The notes beneath the pieces were generated by a model that saw nothing but the letters and a program-made list of their open reading frames with translations, searched no databases and was not told the origin of the DNA. This document shows positions 10,367 through 20,280 of a stretch of DNA of 64,000 nt, piece by piece. Position 1 is the first letter of the stretch. The number at the start of each line of letters is the position of its first letter. The translations under genes and the position numbers were made by a program. This DNA comes from an uncultured Gemmatimonadales bacterium (lineage in GTDB: Bacteria > Gemmatimonadota > Gemmatimonadetes > Gemmatimonadales > Gemmatimonadaceae), in assembly GCA_963701965.1 (NCBI GenBank), contig OY969695.1, positions 2,208,001 to 2,272,000 on the forward strand, written 5' to 3'.

Positions 10367-11089
10367 TCATCGTCCGAATGCCCACGCCACCATCAGCGGG
10401 AACTCTTCTCGCCAGAATGCGCCACCGTGCGACCCCGCTCGCTCATTCATGACAACATCCGCGTCTGCATCGCGCAGCGCGTCCGCCCACGTCCTTGCGT
10501 TCTCGAGGAAGAAGGGCTCCTGTGTGCCAGCGACAAGGTAGGTGCGCGGAAGCGGTCTCGGCATAACGCCCGGCGGCTTGTAACCACCGCCGGGCGAGGC
10601 GCAGAAGACCGCGCCGTAGACATCGGGATGCCTAAGCCCAAGAGCGAGCGCCAGCTCTCCACCCGCCGAGACGCCGAATACGGCGGTACGTTCAGTGCGC
10701 AGCGCCACGCCAAACTGGGACTCAGTCCATCGGCGAACGTCCTCTACGAAGAACTTCTCGTGTCCGGCGAAGCGCTCCGGCTCAAAACCCGGTGAGTACT
10801 CATGGAGCCGCGGCATCTCGTCGGTCAGCCCATGTACGCCGACGATCATTGTGGACGGTACGTCGGCCTTCTCGAGCAACGGGCCCCACTGCGAGATTCG
10901 CTGACCGTCACCGGCGAAGACGATGGCTTCGGGCGGCTTCGGTGGCACGTACACCGTGACTTGCCTTCCGCCGTCGTACTCTAATGTGCCGGTGACGAAC
11001 TCTCCCGAGACTGCGCCGGTTGGTTTGGCGGGCGCTCCGTCGGACATACTGGGCTTGCTGCTGGCGTGATTGCCTGTTTGTTCCTTCAT
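10367..11089 (-). CDS. alpha/beta-hydrolase esterase (Fes-like)
   Basis: VTVYVPP, nucleophile elbow GVSAGG, GTQEP, GSHG..FW. Confidence 0.82.
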   Translation of the reverse strand: MKEQTGNHASSKPSMSDGAPAKPTGAVSGEFVTGTLEYDGGRQVTVYVPPKPPEAIVFAGDGQRISQWGPLLEKADVPSTMIVGVHGLTDEMPRLHEYSPGFEPERFAGHEKFFVEDVRRWTESQFGVALRTERTAVFGVSAGGELALALGLRHPDVYGAVFCASPGGGYKPPGVMPRPLPRTYLVAGTQEPFFLENARTWADALRDADADVVMNERAGSHGGAFWREEFPLMVAWAFGR

Positions 11090-11350
11090 GGCCTCGCCTT
11101 CATTCTTGAAGTTTGGACCATCACCCAGAGAATGCGAAACGCCGCGTCACCGTCGTTTGGAACAGACCGCGCCAACAAGCGTCGGGTCCCGTTACGCGTG
11201 GTTGTCGTCCTATGGTCACTCGTGGCCTGGCCTGACAGTGCGATGGGCCAGACGGGCGATTGGATGCTGCCGGCTTTCACGCCGAAAATGTACGACGCGG
11301 CGACCTATGACATCGACCGGAACGAAACCGGTTCGGTCGATGCGCTCAAC

Positions 11351-13798
11351 TCAGGTAGATGTGAGCGCGAGCGCGGGATTGACGCGGGTCGTCCGGAAGG
11401 CGGGCACGCTGGCGGCGCCGAGTGCCACCACCGCAAACGTCACGGCGGCGCCCACGAAGATACCCGGATCGTGGGGGCTGACACCGACGAAGAGTTCGGC
11501 CAGTATGCGCGTCAGGATCCACGCCGCGAGTGATCCGAGCGCAATGCCAATAGTCGCCAGCGCGAGGGCGCGCCGCACGACGTCGGCCATGACGTGCGAG
11601 TGACGGGCGCCAAGGGCGAGACGGACGGCAATCTCCCGCTGGCGCTGTCCGACAATGTACGCGAGGACGCTGTAAATGCCGACGACGCCGAGGAGGAGCG
11701 CGACGCTGGCGAAGAGCGAAGCGAGGAACGTGGAGAAGCGCGTCGAGCCCACCGATTGGTCGAGCCGCTCGGTCATCGTCTTGATGTCGGTCACCGGCAC
11801 CAGGCGATCCAGGCCCGCGACGGTCTGTTTCAGCACCCGCGTTTGGGCTTGCGGATCTCCCACGGTACGCAGTGAGACAAATACTTGGACGGCTCTCGCG
11901 CCGAGGAGTTGCGCGGTCGGTCGGTAGTACGTCGGCTCGAGGTCGGCGGCGAGCCCGTTCTCTTTGACCGGCGCGACGACTCCGACGATCTGCAGCGTAT
12001 CACTTGTCATCTCGGCGGGGCGATCGATGACGAGGAACTGGCCGAGCGGATCACGGCCATCGAAGAACCGCCTGGCGAAGAGTGCGTCTACGACGGCGAT
12101 TTTCGCCGCGCGACTATCGTCGGTTGCACGCATGCCCCGCCCGCGCAGCAATTGGATGCCCATCGTCCGGAAGTAGTCCGGGCTGACAGAATTCGCAAGC
12201 GCGGCCGGGGTATGACTCGGATCCGTTGGGGCATCGCCGAGTATGTGGAATGGGAATTTGCGACTCATCATCCAGGCGGGTATGATCCCGCTGACACTCG
12301 CGCTCGAGATGCCCGGTTTGGCTTCGAGCTGCTCGACCAGCGTCGTGAGAAATTGGTTCTGACGTTCCGCGGTCGGATAGCGCTCGGCCGGGAATGCGAT
12401 CTGGGCCGTGAGCACGCCGCGTGGTCGGAACCCCGGATCCATCAATTGAAAGCGCGCGAAGCTCTCGACGAAGAGTCCGGCCCCGGTCAGCAGCACGAGC
12501 GCGATGGCGATTTGCGCGATGACCAGTCCGTCCTGGAGGCGGTGCTGTTGCGCCGAGCCGGTGCCACGTCCGCCTTCTTTCAGGACGCTCGCGAGATCGG
12601 CGCGCGACGCCTGCCAGGCGGGGATGACGCCGAAAATAAATACCGTGGCGAGCGACGTGAGGCCACAGAACGCCACCACGCGGGCATCGACGCCGATATC
12701 CGTCAGTCGCGGCAGCGTCGGTGGCGCCAGCGCGCGCAGCACCCGTACGCCCATCATCGCGAGCACAACGCCGAGCGCCCCAGCCGCGATGCCGAGCGTC
12801 GCGGCTTCGACCACCAGCTCACGGACCAGGTGGCCGCGCGTGGCGCCGAGCGCGGTGCGCAGGGCCATCTCGCGCTCGCGCGCCAGGCATCGGACGAGGA
12901 AGAGGTTGGCGAGATTCGCGGCGCCGACGAGGAGGACGCAGCCGGCGGCGGCGAGCAGCATGACGAGCATCGGTCGTACCGGTCCCACCAGATTGTCGAC
13001 CAGTGAGCCGCTCGTCACGGACCAGTGCGCGTTCGATTTCGGATACGCCGCGGCGAGTTGATCAGCGATCGTCTTCAACTCCGTCTCACCACCGGCGGCG
13101 GTGACGCCGGGTGCGAGTCGGGCATACGTATCGAGATAGTGGTCGACGCGATCGGTCGCTTCGATCGGCTCGAAGAAGATGCGGGTCCACATTTCGACGG
13201 GGCCCGGCAACCCTCGCGGCATCACGCCCACGACGGTATAGACGTGCTGGCGCGTCGGACGCGCGTCGTTGGGGTTGTCGATCGTGAGCGTCTGACCGAG
13301 CGCGGAGGGCGAGCCTCCGAAACGGCGCTGCCAGTAGCCGTAGCCGATCATGACCTCGGCGGGGCCGCTCGTATCCGGCGCCAGCGTCCGGCCGAGGATT
13401 GGGGCGATGCCAAGCGTCGTGAAGTAGTTGGGCGTAACGGCGAGGCCGACGACGCGATCCGCCTCTTGGTCGCCGGCGACGGTCAGTCGCAGCGCCGTGC
13501 CGCAGCAGGCGACGGCGATCGACGAGAAGGCATGGCTCCGTGCTTGCCAGTCGAAGAAATTGGCGGTGGCGACGCCGGCGCGCGGCGTGTGCTCCGTCGC
13601 GTTGCTCTCCCAGAGAACCCGGACGCGATCCGGGTCGCGATAGGGGAACGCCTTGAGGAGCACGCCATCGACGACGCTGAACACGGAGGCCGTCGCGCCG
13701 ATCGCAACGGCGAGGGTGAGCGTTGCCGCAATGGTGAATGCGGGGCTTCCGCGCAGCCGGCGGAGCGCGAACCGGAATTCGCCAGGTGGCATTCTCAT
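11351..13798 (-). CDS. ADOP-type duplicated MacB/FtsX ABC permease
   Basis: LTLAVAIGATASVFSVVDGVLL, ANLANLFL.R..REREMALR.ALGA, RQREIAVRLALGA, PAFR.TRVNP. Confidence 0.92.
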   Translation of the reverse strand: MRMPPGEFRFALRRLRGSPAFTIAATLTLAVAIGATASVFSVVDGVLLKAFPYRDPDRVRVLWESNATEHTPRAGVATANFFDWQARSHAFSSIAVACCGTALRLTVAGDQEADRVVGLAVTPNYFTTLGIAPILGRTLAPDTSGPAEVMIGYGYWQRRFGGSPSALGQTLTIDNPNDARPTRQHVYTVVGVMPRGLPGPVEMWTRIFFEPIEATDRVDHYLDTYARLAPGVTAAGGETELKTIADQLAAAYPKSNAHWSVTSGSLVDNLVGPVRPMLVMLLAAAGCVLLVGAANLANLFLVRCLAREREMALRTALGATRGHLVRELVVEAATLGIAAGALGVVLAMMGVRVLRALAPPTLPRLTDIGVDARVVAFCGLTSLATVFIFGVIPAWQASRADLASVLKEGGRGTGSAQQHRLQDGLVIAQIAIALVLLTGAGLFVESFARFQLMDPGFRPRGVLTAQIAFPAERYPTAERQNQFLTTLVEQLEAKPGISSASVSGIIPAWMMSRKFPFHILGDAPTDPSHTPAALANSVSPDYFRTMGIQLLRGRGMRATDDSRAAKIAVVDALFARRFFDGRDPLGQFLVIDRPAEMTSDTLQIVGVVAPVKENGLAADLEPTYYRPTAQLLGARAVQVFVSLRTVGDPQAQTRVLKQTVAGLDRLVPVTDIKTMTERLDQSVGSTRFSTFLASLFASVALLLGVVGIYSVLAYIVGQRQREIAVRLALGARHSHVMADVVRRALALATIGIALGSLAAWILTRILAELFVGVSPHDPGIFVGAAVTFAVVALGAASVPAFRTTRVNPALALTST

Positions 13799-13913
13799 AT
13801 GCCGGTCTATTTAGCTCACGAGACGTTCGACGGCTAGGTCACCGTCAGCGCGTCCCAAATGCGAACACTTCGGTGGGGAATCGGAACACCCCTCCGGTGC
13901 ACCAAGCAGAGCC

Positions 13914-14327
13914 TCACGCAGGGGCACCATGTTTGCGCTGCGCGGTGGCACGCCATGGCACATGCTCCCACAGCCCGCGCGCCGAGAGCATGACGGAGAA
14001 GAGAGCGGTCACGCCGAGCGCGAGGAGCGTCCAGATAAAGAAGAAGGCTCCGTTGGACTTGGCGATCGCTCCGCCGACTCCCGCCCCCCCCATGTGGACG
14101 ACCGGGACGACCAACTCAAGGAGCGACGCGAGGAGGATGATGACGTACCCAGATCGCTTTCCGGCCAGCACCAGCGTTCCGTACAGCTGGACCACAAGAA
14201 TGGGCAGCACAATCAGGTCTGAAAGCGTTCCTGGCTCCATGCCCCGCACGATGTCGTCCGTCAGGTGCAACGTCATGAAGAGGATCGAGAGGAGAGACGC
14301 GATGGTGAGCGTACCGTTCTGTTTCAT
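13914..14327 (-). CDS. hypothetical 4-TM membrane protein
   Basis: AAGGAG RBS; hydrophobic helices, H..DD.VRG motif. Confidence 0.7.
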   Translation of the reverse strand: MKQNGTLTIASLLSILFMTLHLTDDIVRGMEPGTLSDLIVLPILVVQLYGTLVLAGKRSGYVIILLASLLELVVPVVHMGGAGVGGAIAKSNGAFFFIWTLLALGVTALFSVMLSARGLWEHVPWRATAQRKHGAPA

Positions 14328-14387
14328 TGGATATCTCCTTGTTAGAACTGGAGCACCCTGGTCTTGAAATGCGCGCGCGCAGGTGCT

Positions 14388-14810
14388 TTACGCTTTAGCA
14401 ACGCGCGGCTCACTGACAGGGGCAGCGCGGGCCGGTGCTGGTTCTTTTGTCGGAACGACGACAAGGAGCAAGACTCCAACACCGCCAATGATCACGATGT
14501 CCAAGGGACTGTCGGCTCTGTGAATCCCATGGGCCCAGGCCTCGGCTGATTGGATGGTCATCGTGAACGCATGGGCAAGGCTTGACCAAGCCCCATAGGC
14601 GATCAGCGAGCGATGCCTCGCCGGCTGCTTGACCGCCAGCAACAGAAAGACCCCGAGCACGGCGTTAAGGCTCGTGAACATCGGCAAGGCATCCTGATTG
14701 CCCTGAAGCCAACGGGAGTGCCAGAGCACATCGAACGTGATGTAGACCCAGGTGAAATAAAACAAACCCACCAAGACCAAGACGACCTGCACCGCGCGCT
14801 CGCGCTTCAT
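14388..14810 (-). CDS. DUF6632-like membrane protein
   Basis: LGVFLLLA.K.P.RHRSLIA..AWSS.AH..TM pattern; GGAG RBS before MKRER. Confidence 0.7.
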   Translation of the reverse strand: MKRERAVQVVLVLVGLFYFTWVYITFDVLWHSRWLQGNQDALPMFTSLNAVLGVFLLLAVKQPARHRSLIAYGAWSSLAHAFTMTIQSAEAWAHGIHRADSPLDIVIIGGVGVLLLVVVPTKEPAPARAAPVSEPRVAKA

Positions 14811-14850
14811 ACGGGTCTCCATTGGGGGAAGGAAACTTCTACCGGCGCTT

Positions 14851-17550
14851 CTACTCCGTCCGCAGCGTGATCGCGGGATCGACGTGAGCGGCTCGGGCGG
14901 CCGGTACCCAGGAGGCCAAGAGGCCAACGATCGCGAGACCGATCACCGACCCACCGAACGTGAAGGGATCGTGGGGCGTGATGCCGAAGAGCAGGCTGCG
15001 CAACACCTCGGTCGCGAACAGCGCTCCGACGAGACCGAAAGCGACGCCGCTCAAGAGGAGCGCTCCACCTTCTCCCAGGATCATCCCGCGCACCCGCCGG
15101 GCGTCCGCACCCAAGCTCATCCGGATGCCGATCTCGGCCGTGCGCGAGCGCACGGAAAACGCGAGGACACCCGCGATACCGACCATGGCGATCGCCACCG
15201 CCAGACCGCCGAACACCGCCACGAACATGGCGTTGAGGCGTCGCGGCGCCACCGACTCGTAACGGATCTGGTCCAGCGTCTCAATGTGCTCTATCAGCTG
15301 CTGGGGCGCCATGGTGTGGATCGTCCGCGCGATTGTCGCTCCCAGCGTCGGCGCATCAGACCCTGTGCGGACGACTAACGCGCCACTCGGAATGAACTCC
15401 TGCGCGAAGGGTTCGTAGACGGTTGGCTCAGGGTCACTCTCCACGCCGGACTCTCGCGCGTCCCGCACGACCCCGACGATCGTGCGCCAGTCGTCGGTAA
15501 AGGGGGTCACCTTGAGCACATCACCCGTCGGTGCGATCCGATGCCCGATCGGATCGGCGTCACCGAACATCTGTCGAGCAAACGACTCGCTGACGATCGC
15601 TACCCGAGGCGCGCCGACCCGATCGATCGCCTCGAATTTCCGCCCCCGAACAATGGGTATCCCGACGGCGCCGAAGTATTGGGGATCCACGGACCGGAAG
15701 GGAGCTCTCGGCGTCGGTTCGTTCGGCACCAGTGGCCGCCCTTCCACCTTCAAGTCGAACGTGAGGATCGGCTCCCGGAGCGGCGGGACCTCAGCCAGCG
15801 CCGCGACGTCCACGCCAGGCAGCGCGGCCACTCGATCTCGCATCGCCTGGTACCGCCCGAGGTTGGCCGGATTCAGACTCTGACGTAAGCGGTCTACCGC
15901 CAGTGGGAGTTCCAGCGTGAGCACGTGTTCCATACGGAGACCCGTGTCAACGGCCTGCAGCTTGGTGATTGTGCGCGCGAGGAGCCCGGCGCCGGTGACC
16001 AGCACCATCGAAATCGCCACTTGGCCGACGACGAGGTTGCGCTGGATACGCTGCCGACGAGGTCCGAGCGTCGCGCGGCTGCCGGCAGGCATGAGCGATG
16101 GGACGAGGGCTCGCAATCCATCGAACGGCTGGATGAGCGCCAGGCCGATCGCTGCCAGAAGGCTCGACAGCACTCCCACTCCCAGCACGACTCCGTCGAC
16201 CTGGATTTCGGCCGCCCGCGGGGAGAACTGCGCGGCAAACGACACGAGGAGGTGAAGTGTCGAGTACGCGACGAGCACGCCCAACACGCCTCCGCTCAGC
16301 GCTAGCAGCAAGTTTTCCGCGAGCAGCAGTCGACGTAATCGCGCGCGACCCGCGCCAAGCGCGGCTCGAATGACCAGTTCCCGCTCCCGTCCCACGCCAC
16401 GCATGAGCGTGACATTGGACACGTTGGCGCAGGCAATCAGTAGCACGAACCCCGCAGCCCCGGCAAGCAGCCAGACCGTAAGGGCCGCTCGCTCATCCAA
16501 CGCCGAGTGCAGCGACTCCACGGTGATCGCGTATCGCGCTGCCGGCTCATACGCCTCGGGGTGAGCCTGAAACATGTGGGCGGCAATCTGCTGCAATTCG
16601 CTGCGCGCTTCCGGGATCGAGCGGTTGGGGTCCAAACGAGCGAACACCTGCGACATTCGGTGTGTGCGAAGCGTGACCATGGTCGGGCTCAGCTGATGCG
16701 GGCTGGTCACCGTATTCGCGTACAGGTCGGTCGCATCGGGAAATCGTGGCCCGGGCTCCGCCACGCCCACCACCGTCACCGGCCGGTCGTTCAGACGGAG
16801 CGAACGGCCGATGACTCGGCGATCGCCACCGAAGCGATCCCTCCAGAACGGGTATGAGAGAACGGCCACCGGCGCCGCCGCGGCTCCATCATCGTGCGGA
16901 CCCAACACGCGGCCCAACGCGGGTGCTGTTCCGATGACGTCGAAGTAGTTGCCACTGACGATGCCGACGGTCACACGCGCCGGCGCTCCGTTGTGATCGA
17001 CGAGGATGAACGGCACGGCCGAGGAGTACTCGCCGAACTCGCGTATCGTTTTCGACGCGTGGCGATACTCCACCAACTCAGGGACGGAGAACCGCACATC
17101 CGTTCGCCCGGCGCCAGGCATGTCCTGCCGCAGCACCAAGACCCGATCGGCATCACGATTGGGGAGCGGCCGAAGCAGCGTGCCCCGGAGGAGCGCGAAC
17201 ATCGCGGTGTTGGCACCGATCCCGAGTGCCAGCGTGATGATCACCGTCGCGGCGTAGCCCGGCGCGTGCGTCAAGTTGCGGATCGAGACCCTGATATCCC
17301 CGATGAGCTCCTCGAGCCAGCGAAGGCCGCGCGCATCGCGCACCTGATCCTTCTGGAACGCGACCCCGCCCATGGCGATGAGAGCGGCCTTGCGAGCGTC
17401 GTCGGGCGCCATGCCGCGTCGAATGTTCTCGACGATCTGCCGTTCAATGTGGTAGTGGAGCTCTTCGTCGAGCTCCGCGTCGACGGTGCCGCGGCGAAAC
17501 AGTGAGCGCACACGGAGGGGGATGATGAGCGCCAGGCGATCGAGGTCCAT
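14851..17550 (-). CDS. ADOP-type duplicated ABC permease with N-terminal permease-prefix domain
   Basis: RSLFRR..VDAELDEELHYHIE prefix, TLALGIGANTAMF, LLIACANVSN, RTAEIGIRMSLGA, PAARAA.VDP..LRTE; directly follows padR. Confidence 0.92.
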   Translation of the reverse strand: MDLDRLALIIPLRVRSLFRRGTVDAELDEELHYHIERQIVENIRRGMAPDDARKAALIAMGGVAFQKDQVRDARGLRWLEELIGDIRVSIRNLTHAPGYAATVIITLALGIGANTAMFALLRGTLLRPLPNRDADRVLVLRQDMPGAGRTDVRFSVPELVEYRHASKTIREFGEYSSAVPFILVDHNGAPARVTVGIVSGNYFDVIGTAPALGRVLGPHDDGAAAAPVAVLSYPFWRDRFGGDRRVIGRSLRLNDRPVTVVGVAEPGPRFPDATDLYANTVTSPHQLSPTMVTLRTHRMSQVFARLDPNRSIPEARSELQQIAAHMFQAHPEAYEPAARYAITVESLHSALDERAALTVWLLAGAAGFVLLIACANVSNVTLMRGVGRERELVIRAALGAGRARLRRLLLAENLLLALSGGVLGVLVAYSTLHLLVSFAAQFSPRAAEIQVDGVVLGVGVLSSLLAAIGLALIQPFDGLRALVPSLMPAGSRATLGPRRQRIQRNLVVGQVAISMVLVTGAGLLARTITKLQAVDTGLRMEHVLTLELPLAVDRLRQSLNPANLGRYQAMRDRVAALPGVDVAALAEVPPLREPILTFDLKVEGRPLVPNEPTPRAPFRSVDPQYFGAVGIPIVRGRKFEAIDRVGAPRVAIVSESFARQMFGDADPIGHRIAPTGDVLKVTPFTDDWRTIVGVVRDARESGVESDPEPTVYEPFAQEFIPSGALVVRTGSDAPTLGATIARTIHTMAPQQLIEHIETLDQIRYESVAPRRLNAMFVAVFGGLAVAIAMVGIAGVLAFSVRSRTAEIGIRMSLGADARRVRGMILGEGGALLLSGVAFGLVGALFATEVLRSLLFGITPHDPFTFGGSVIGLAIVGLLASWVPAARAAHVDPAITLRTE

Positions 17551-17551
17551 C

Positions 17552-17887
17552 TCACGCCTCCTGAAGTCGGATGACCGCGCTGATCGCCGCCACGAGGCGG
17601 TCCCAGTTACTCGTCTCGACCTCGAGTTGGCGTCGCCCCGCCCGTGACAGCGAGTAGAACTTCGCTCGGCGGTTGTTCTCGCTGGCTCGCCATTCGGCAG
17701 TGATCCACCCCTGCTGCTCGAGCTTGTGCAGGGCGGGATACAGCGAGCCATCGCTCACCTGAAGCACGTCCGAAGAGAGTCGGCGCAGGCCCTGGCCGAT
17801 CGCCCAGCCATTCATCGACTCGAGCGCCAGCATCTTGAGGATCAACAGGTCCAGTGATCCCTGTACCAGGTCCTGCGGTTTGCTCAC
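17552..17887 (-). CDS. PadR family transcriptional regulator (acidobacterial type)
   Basis: QGSLDLLILK.L, GSLYPALHKLE..GWI.AEW..SENNRRAKFY.L...GR..L. Confidence 0.93.
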   Translation of the reverse strand: MSKPQDLVQGSLDLLILKMLALESMNGWAIGQGLRRLSSDVLQVSDGSLYPALHKLEQQGWITAEWRASENNRRAKFYSLSRAGRRQLEVETSNWDRLVAAISAVIRLQEA

Positions 17888-17895
17888 ACGGGTCC

Positions 17896-17916
17896 TCCAC
17901 TCGGTAACCGAGTGGA
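17896..17916. promoter_or_regulatory. perfect palindrome, probable PadR operator
   Basis: TCCACTCGGT-A-ACCGAGTGGA overlapping the padR RBS. Confidence 0.65.
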
Positions 17917-18033
17917 CGATATGCTATTGCTCCGTGGCTTGCAAGCCCCGATATCACGTTTCCAAACAGCCGAGGGGGCGCCCAGGACCAAAAACGTACA
18001 CACTTTTCGATTTCGGGCGGGATGCGAAACGGC

Positions 18034-18077
18034 GCCACCTCCTGGACTCGAACCAGACTCTCCTGATCCAGAGTCAA
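18034..18077 (-). repeat. degenerate copy of tRNA-Gln 3' half (att remnant)
   Basis: gccacctcctggactcgaaccag-actctcctgatccagagtca aligns with 28283-28325 with a few differences. Confidence 0.85.
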
Positions 18078-18339
18078 GGAGGGAAGGCGCTCAACTCCGG
18101 CACGTTACTCTCAAACCGAAGTTGCGCGTCTCGGCTTGCCGGAATACTTGGTGTACGTTGCCGGAGCTTGCCGGCACAACGTCCACTGGAACGCACACAC
18201 TTTTCATGCCCCCACCGGGCGTCGGTAGCGCGACAGCACCCATCGTCGGCGGCGGGCCACGCGCCGGACCTCCACGTTGCGCGCTACGCGGCAAGCCTCC
18301 GCACGGCCGGTACTGCTCCCGAATGGATACTGGTACTGA

Positions 18340-18729
18340 TCAGAAGCGCGTGTACCCCTCGGCCGGAGCGAGCACCGTATCCTCCACGAGCGCGCGCTCA
18401 ATGCCAGTAAGCGCCGACTCGAGCTCCGCGGCCGCGCCGGTCGATACACGCCCGGCCACCGTGAGTCGAATCTTGCACGCGTCGCCGAGTGGTTCGATGG
18501 CCACACTGAGCTCGCGCACACTCGCGCCGAGGTGTCCCCAGAACGCGCCTGGACTCACGAGGCCCGTCGCTGACGGCAACGCGTAACGGAGCGTGCCGCC
18601 GGCCAGTGGATGCCCACCGACAACGTCGATCAGCGTCAGGAGATGAGGCCGCCCGCGAAGCACACGGCCCAGGAGCGAGAGCGTCCGCTCCGCGGGCGCG
18701 TCGAACGCTCTCGTCACCGTCGTCGTCAT
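18340..18729 (-). CDS. hypothetical protein translationally coupled to catalase
   Basis: ATGA overlap with the catalase stop; no family recognised. Confidence 0.55.
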   Translation of the reverse strand: MTTTVTRAFDAPAERTLSLLGRVLRGRPHLLTLIDVVGGHPLAGGTLRYALPSATGLVSPGAFWGHLGASVRELSVAIEPLGDACKIRLTVAGRVSTGAAAELESALTGIERALVEDTVLAPAEGYTRF

Positions 18730-20207
18730 GACGCGGCACCGGCCAAACGGCCATCGGACAGGGCGGCCTCGGCCCCCAGGCCGAGCTTCTCCGCCACTCG
18801 CCGACCGTAATCCGGATCGGCGTTCAGGAAATGCGCGAGCTGTCGGCGCTGGACCTCGACGCGAGCCTGTCCAAGCCCCCGCGCAATGCGGCTCGTCAAT
18901 CGGTCGCGGTGGCTATCGTCGAACAGCCGGTAGAGGTCACCCGCCTGCGTAAAATCGTCCTGATCCGTTGAATCGAACCGGTCGGCCACAGCCGCGGCGA
19001 GGTGCCACGCCGGATCAGCGCAAGAGGGATCGGGCGCCGGCGTTCCCGCGACGCTATTCGGCCAGTAGTTCGGTTTGTCGCCGTACGGCGCCGTCGCCAG
19101 CGCTCCGTCGCGAATGTAGTTCGCGGCACTGTGGCGCGGCGCGTTGACCGGCACCTGGTGGTGGTTCACGCCGAGCCAATGGAGGTGCGCGTCGGCGTAG
19201 CTCACGAGGCGCGCCTGCAGCATTTTGTCCGGACTCGGACCCACGCCAGGCACGAACGCGCTTGGCTTAAAGGCGGCCTGCTCGACCTCGGCGAAATAAT
19301 TCTCGGGGTTCCGATTGAGCTCGAGGATGCCGACGTCGATCAACGGAAACTCGCGGTGCGGCCAGACCTTCGTCAGATCGAACGGATTCCAACGGAACGT
19401 CTCGGCCCGGCTTGCCGTCATGACCTGAATCGACATGCGCCACCGTGGAAACTGGCCGCGCGCGATCGCATCGAACAGATCCCGCTGGTGACTCTCCCGG
19501 TCTTGTCCGATGAGCTGCGCCGAGTCGTCGTCGTGAAGCGTGTCGATGCCTTGTAGCGTCCGAAAGTGGAACTTGCACCAGACGCGTTCGGCGTGGGCGT
19601 TCACGAGAGAGTACGTGTGGCTGCCGAACCCGTGCATGTGCCGATAACCCTTCGGAATGCCACGGTCGGAAAACAGCATCGTCACCTGATGCAGGGACTC
19701 GGGGCACAACGACCAGAAGTCCCACTGCATGTCCATGTCGCGCAGGTTCGTCCTCGGGTGCCGCTTCTGCGTGTGGATGAACATCTGGAACTTGTACGGA
19801 TCGCGCACGAAGAATACCGGCGTATTGTTGCCGACGAGATCCCAGTTCCCTTCGGCCGTATAGAACTTGAGCGCGAACCCGCGCACGTCGCGCTCGGCGT
19901 CGGCGGCGCCGCGCTCGCCGGCAACGGTTGAGAATCGCGCGAACACAGGCGTCGAATGGCCGAGCCGCTCGAACAGCTTCGCGCGGGTGTAGCGCGTAAT
20001 GTCGTGCGTGACCGTGAATGTGCCGTACGCGCCGGACCCTTTCGCGTGCACCGGCCGCTCGGGAATGCGCTCGCGGTTGAAGTGCTGCATCTGCTCAATG
20101 AGCTGGACGTCTTGCATCAACACCGGGCCGCGCGGGCCGGCGGTCAACGCCTGCGGGACGCCGAGCGGGGCGCCGTTGGCGGTTGTCAGAACGGGTGGCT
20201 GTTCCAT
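18726..20207 (-). CDS. katA: monofunctional heme catalase
   Basis: FNRERIPER.VHAKG (distal His), RFSTVAGE.G.AD..RD.RGFA.KFYT.EGNWDLVGNN, RL.SYAD (proximal Tyr). Confidence 0.95.
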   Translation of the reverse strand: MEQPPVLTTANGAPLGVPQALTAGPRGPVLMQDVQLIEQMQHFNRERIPERPVHAKGSGAYGTFTVTHDITRYTRAKLFERLGHSTPVFARFSTVAGERGAADAERDVRGFALKFYTAEGNWDLVGNNTPVFFVRDPYKFQMFIHTQKRHPRTNLRDMDMQWDFWSLCPESLHQVTMLFSDRGIPKGYRHMHGFGSHTYSLVNAHAERVWCKFHFRTLQGIDTLHDDDSAQLIGQDRESHQRDLFDAIARGQFPRWRMSIQVMTASRAETFRWNPFDLTKVWPHREFPLIDVGILELNRNPENYFAEVEQAAFKPSAFVPGVGPSPDKMLQARLVSYADAHLHWLGVNHHQVPVNAPRHSAANYIRDGALATAPYGDKPNYWPNSVAGTPAPDPSCADPAWHLAAAVADRFDSTDQDDFTQAGDLYRLFDDSHRDRLTSRIARGLGQARVEVQRRQLAHFLNADPDYGRRVAEKLGLGAEAALSDGRLAGAAS

Positions 20208-20232
20208 GTAGCGGAGGCTAGTGGCGGGACGT

Positions 20233-20280
20233 ATAGTTGTCCAAGATGGATTGTCTCGCATATCGATAGGTGGAACCTAT
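20233..20280. promoter_or_regulatory. OxyR/LysR binding site
   Basis: Perfect ATAG-N7-CTAT at 20266-20280 and ATAG-N7-AGAT at 20233-20247, between the divergent genes. Confidence 0.7.

Noticed and set aside
11130..11350. Possible N-terminal fragment of a secreted repeat protein
   Set aside because: Short, runs antisense into the permease, and has no motif strong enough to call
18034..18077. Functional tRNA gene
   Set aside because: Lacks the 5' acceptor strand and D-arm, and has a deletion and mismatches; treated as an att remnant
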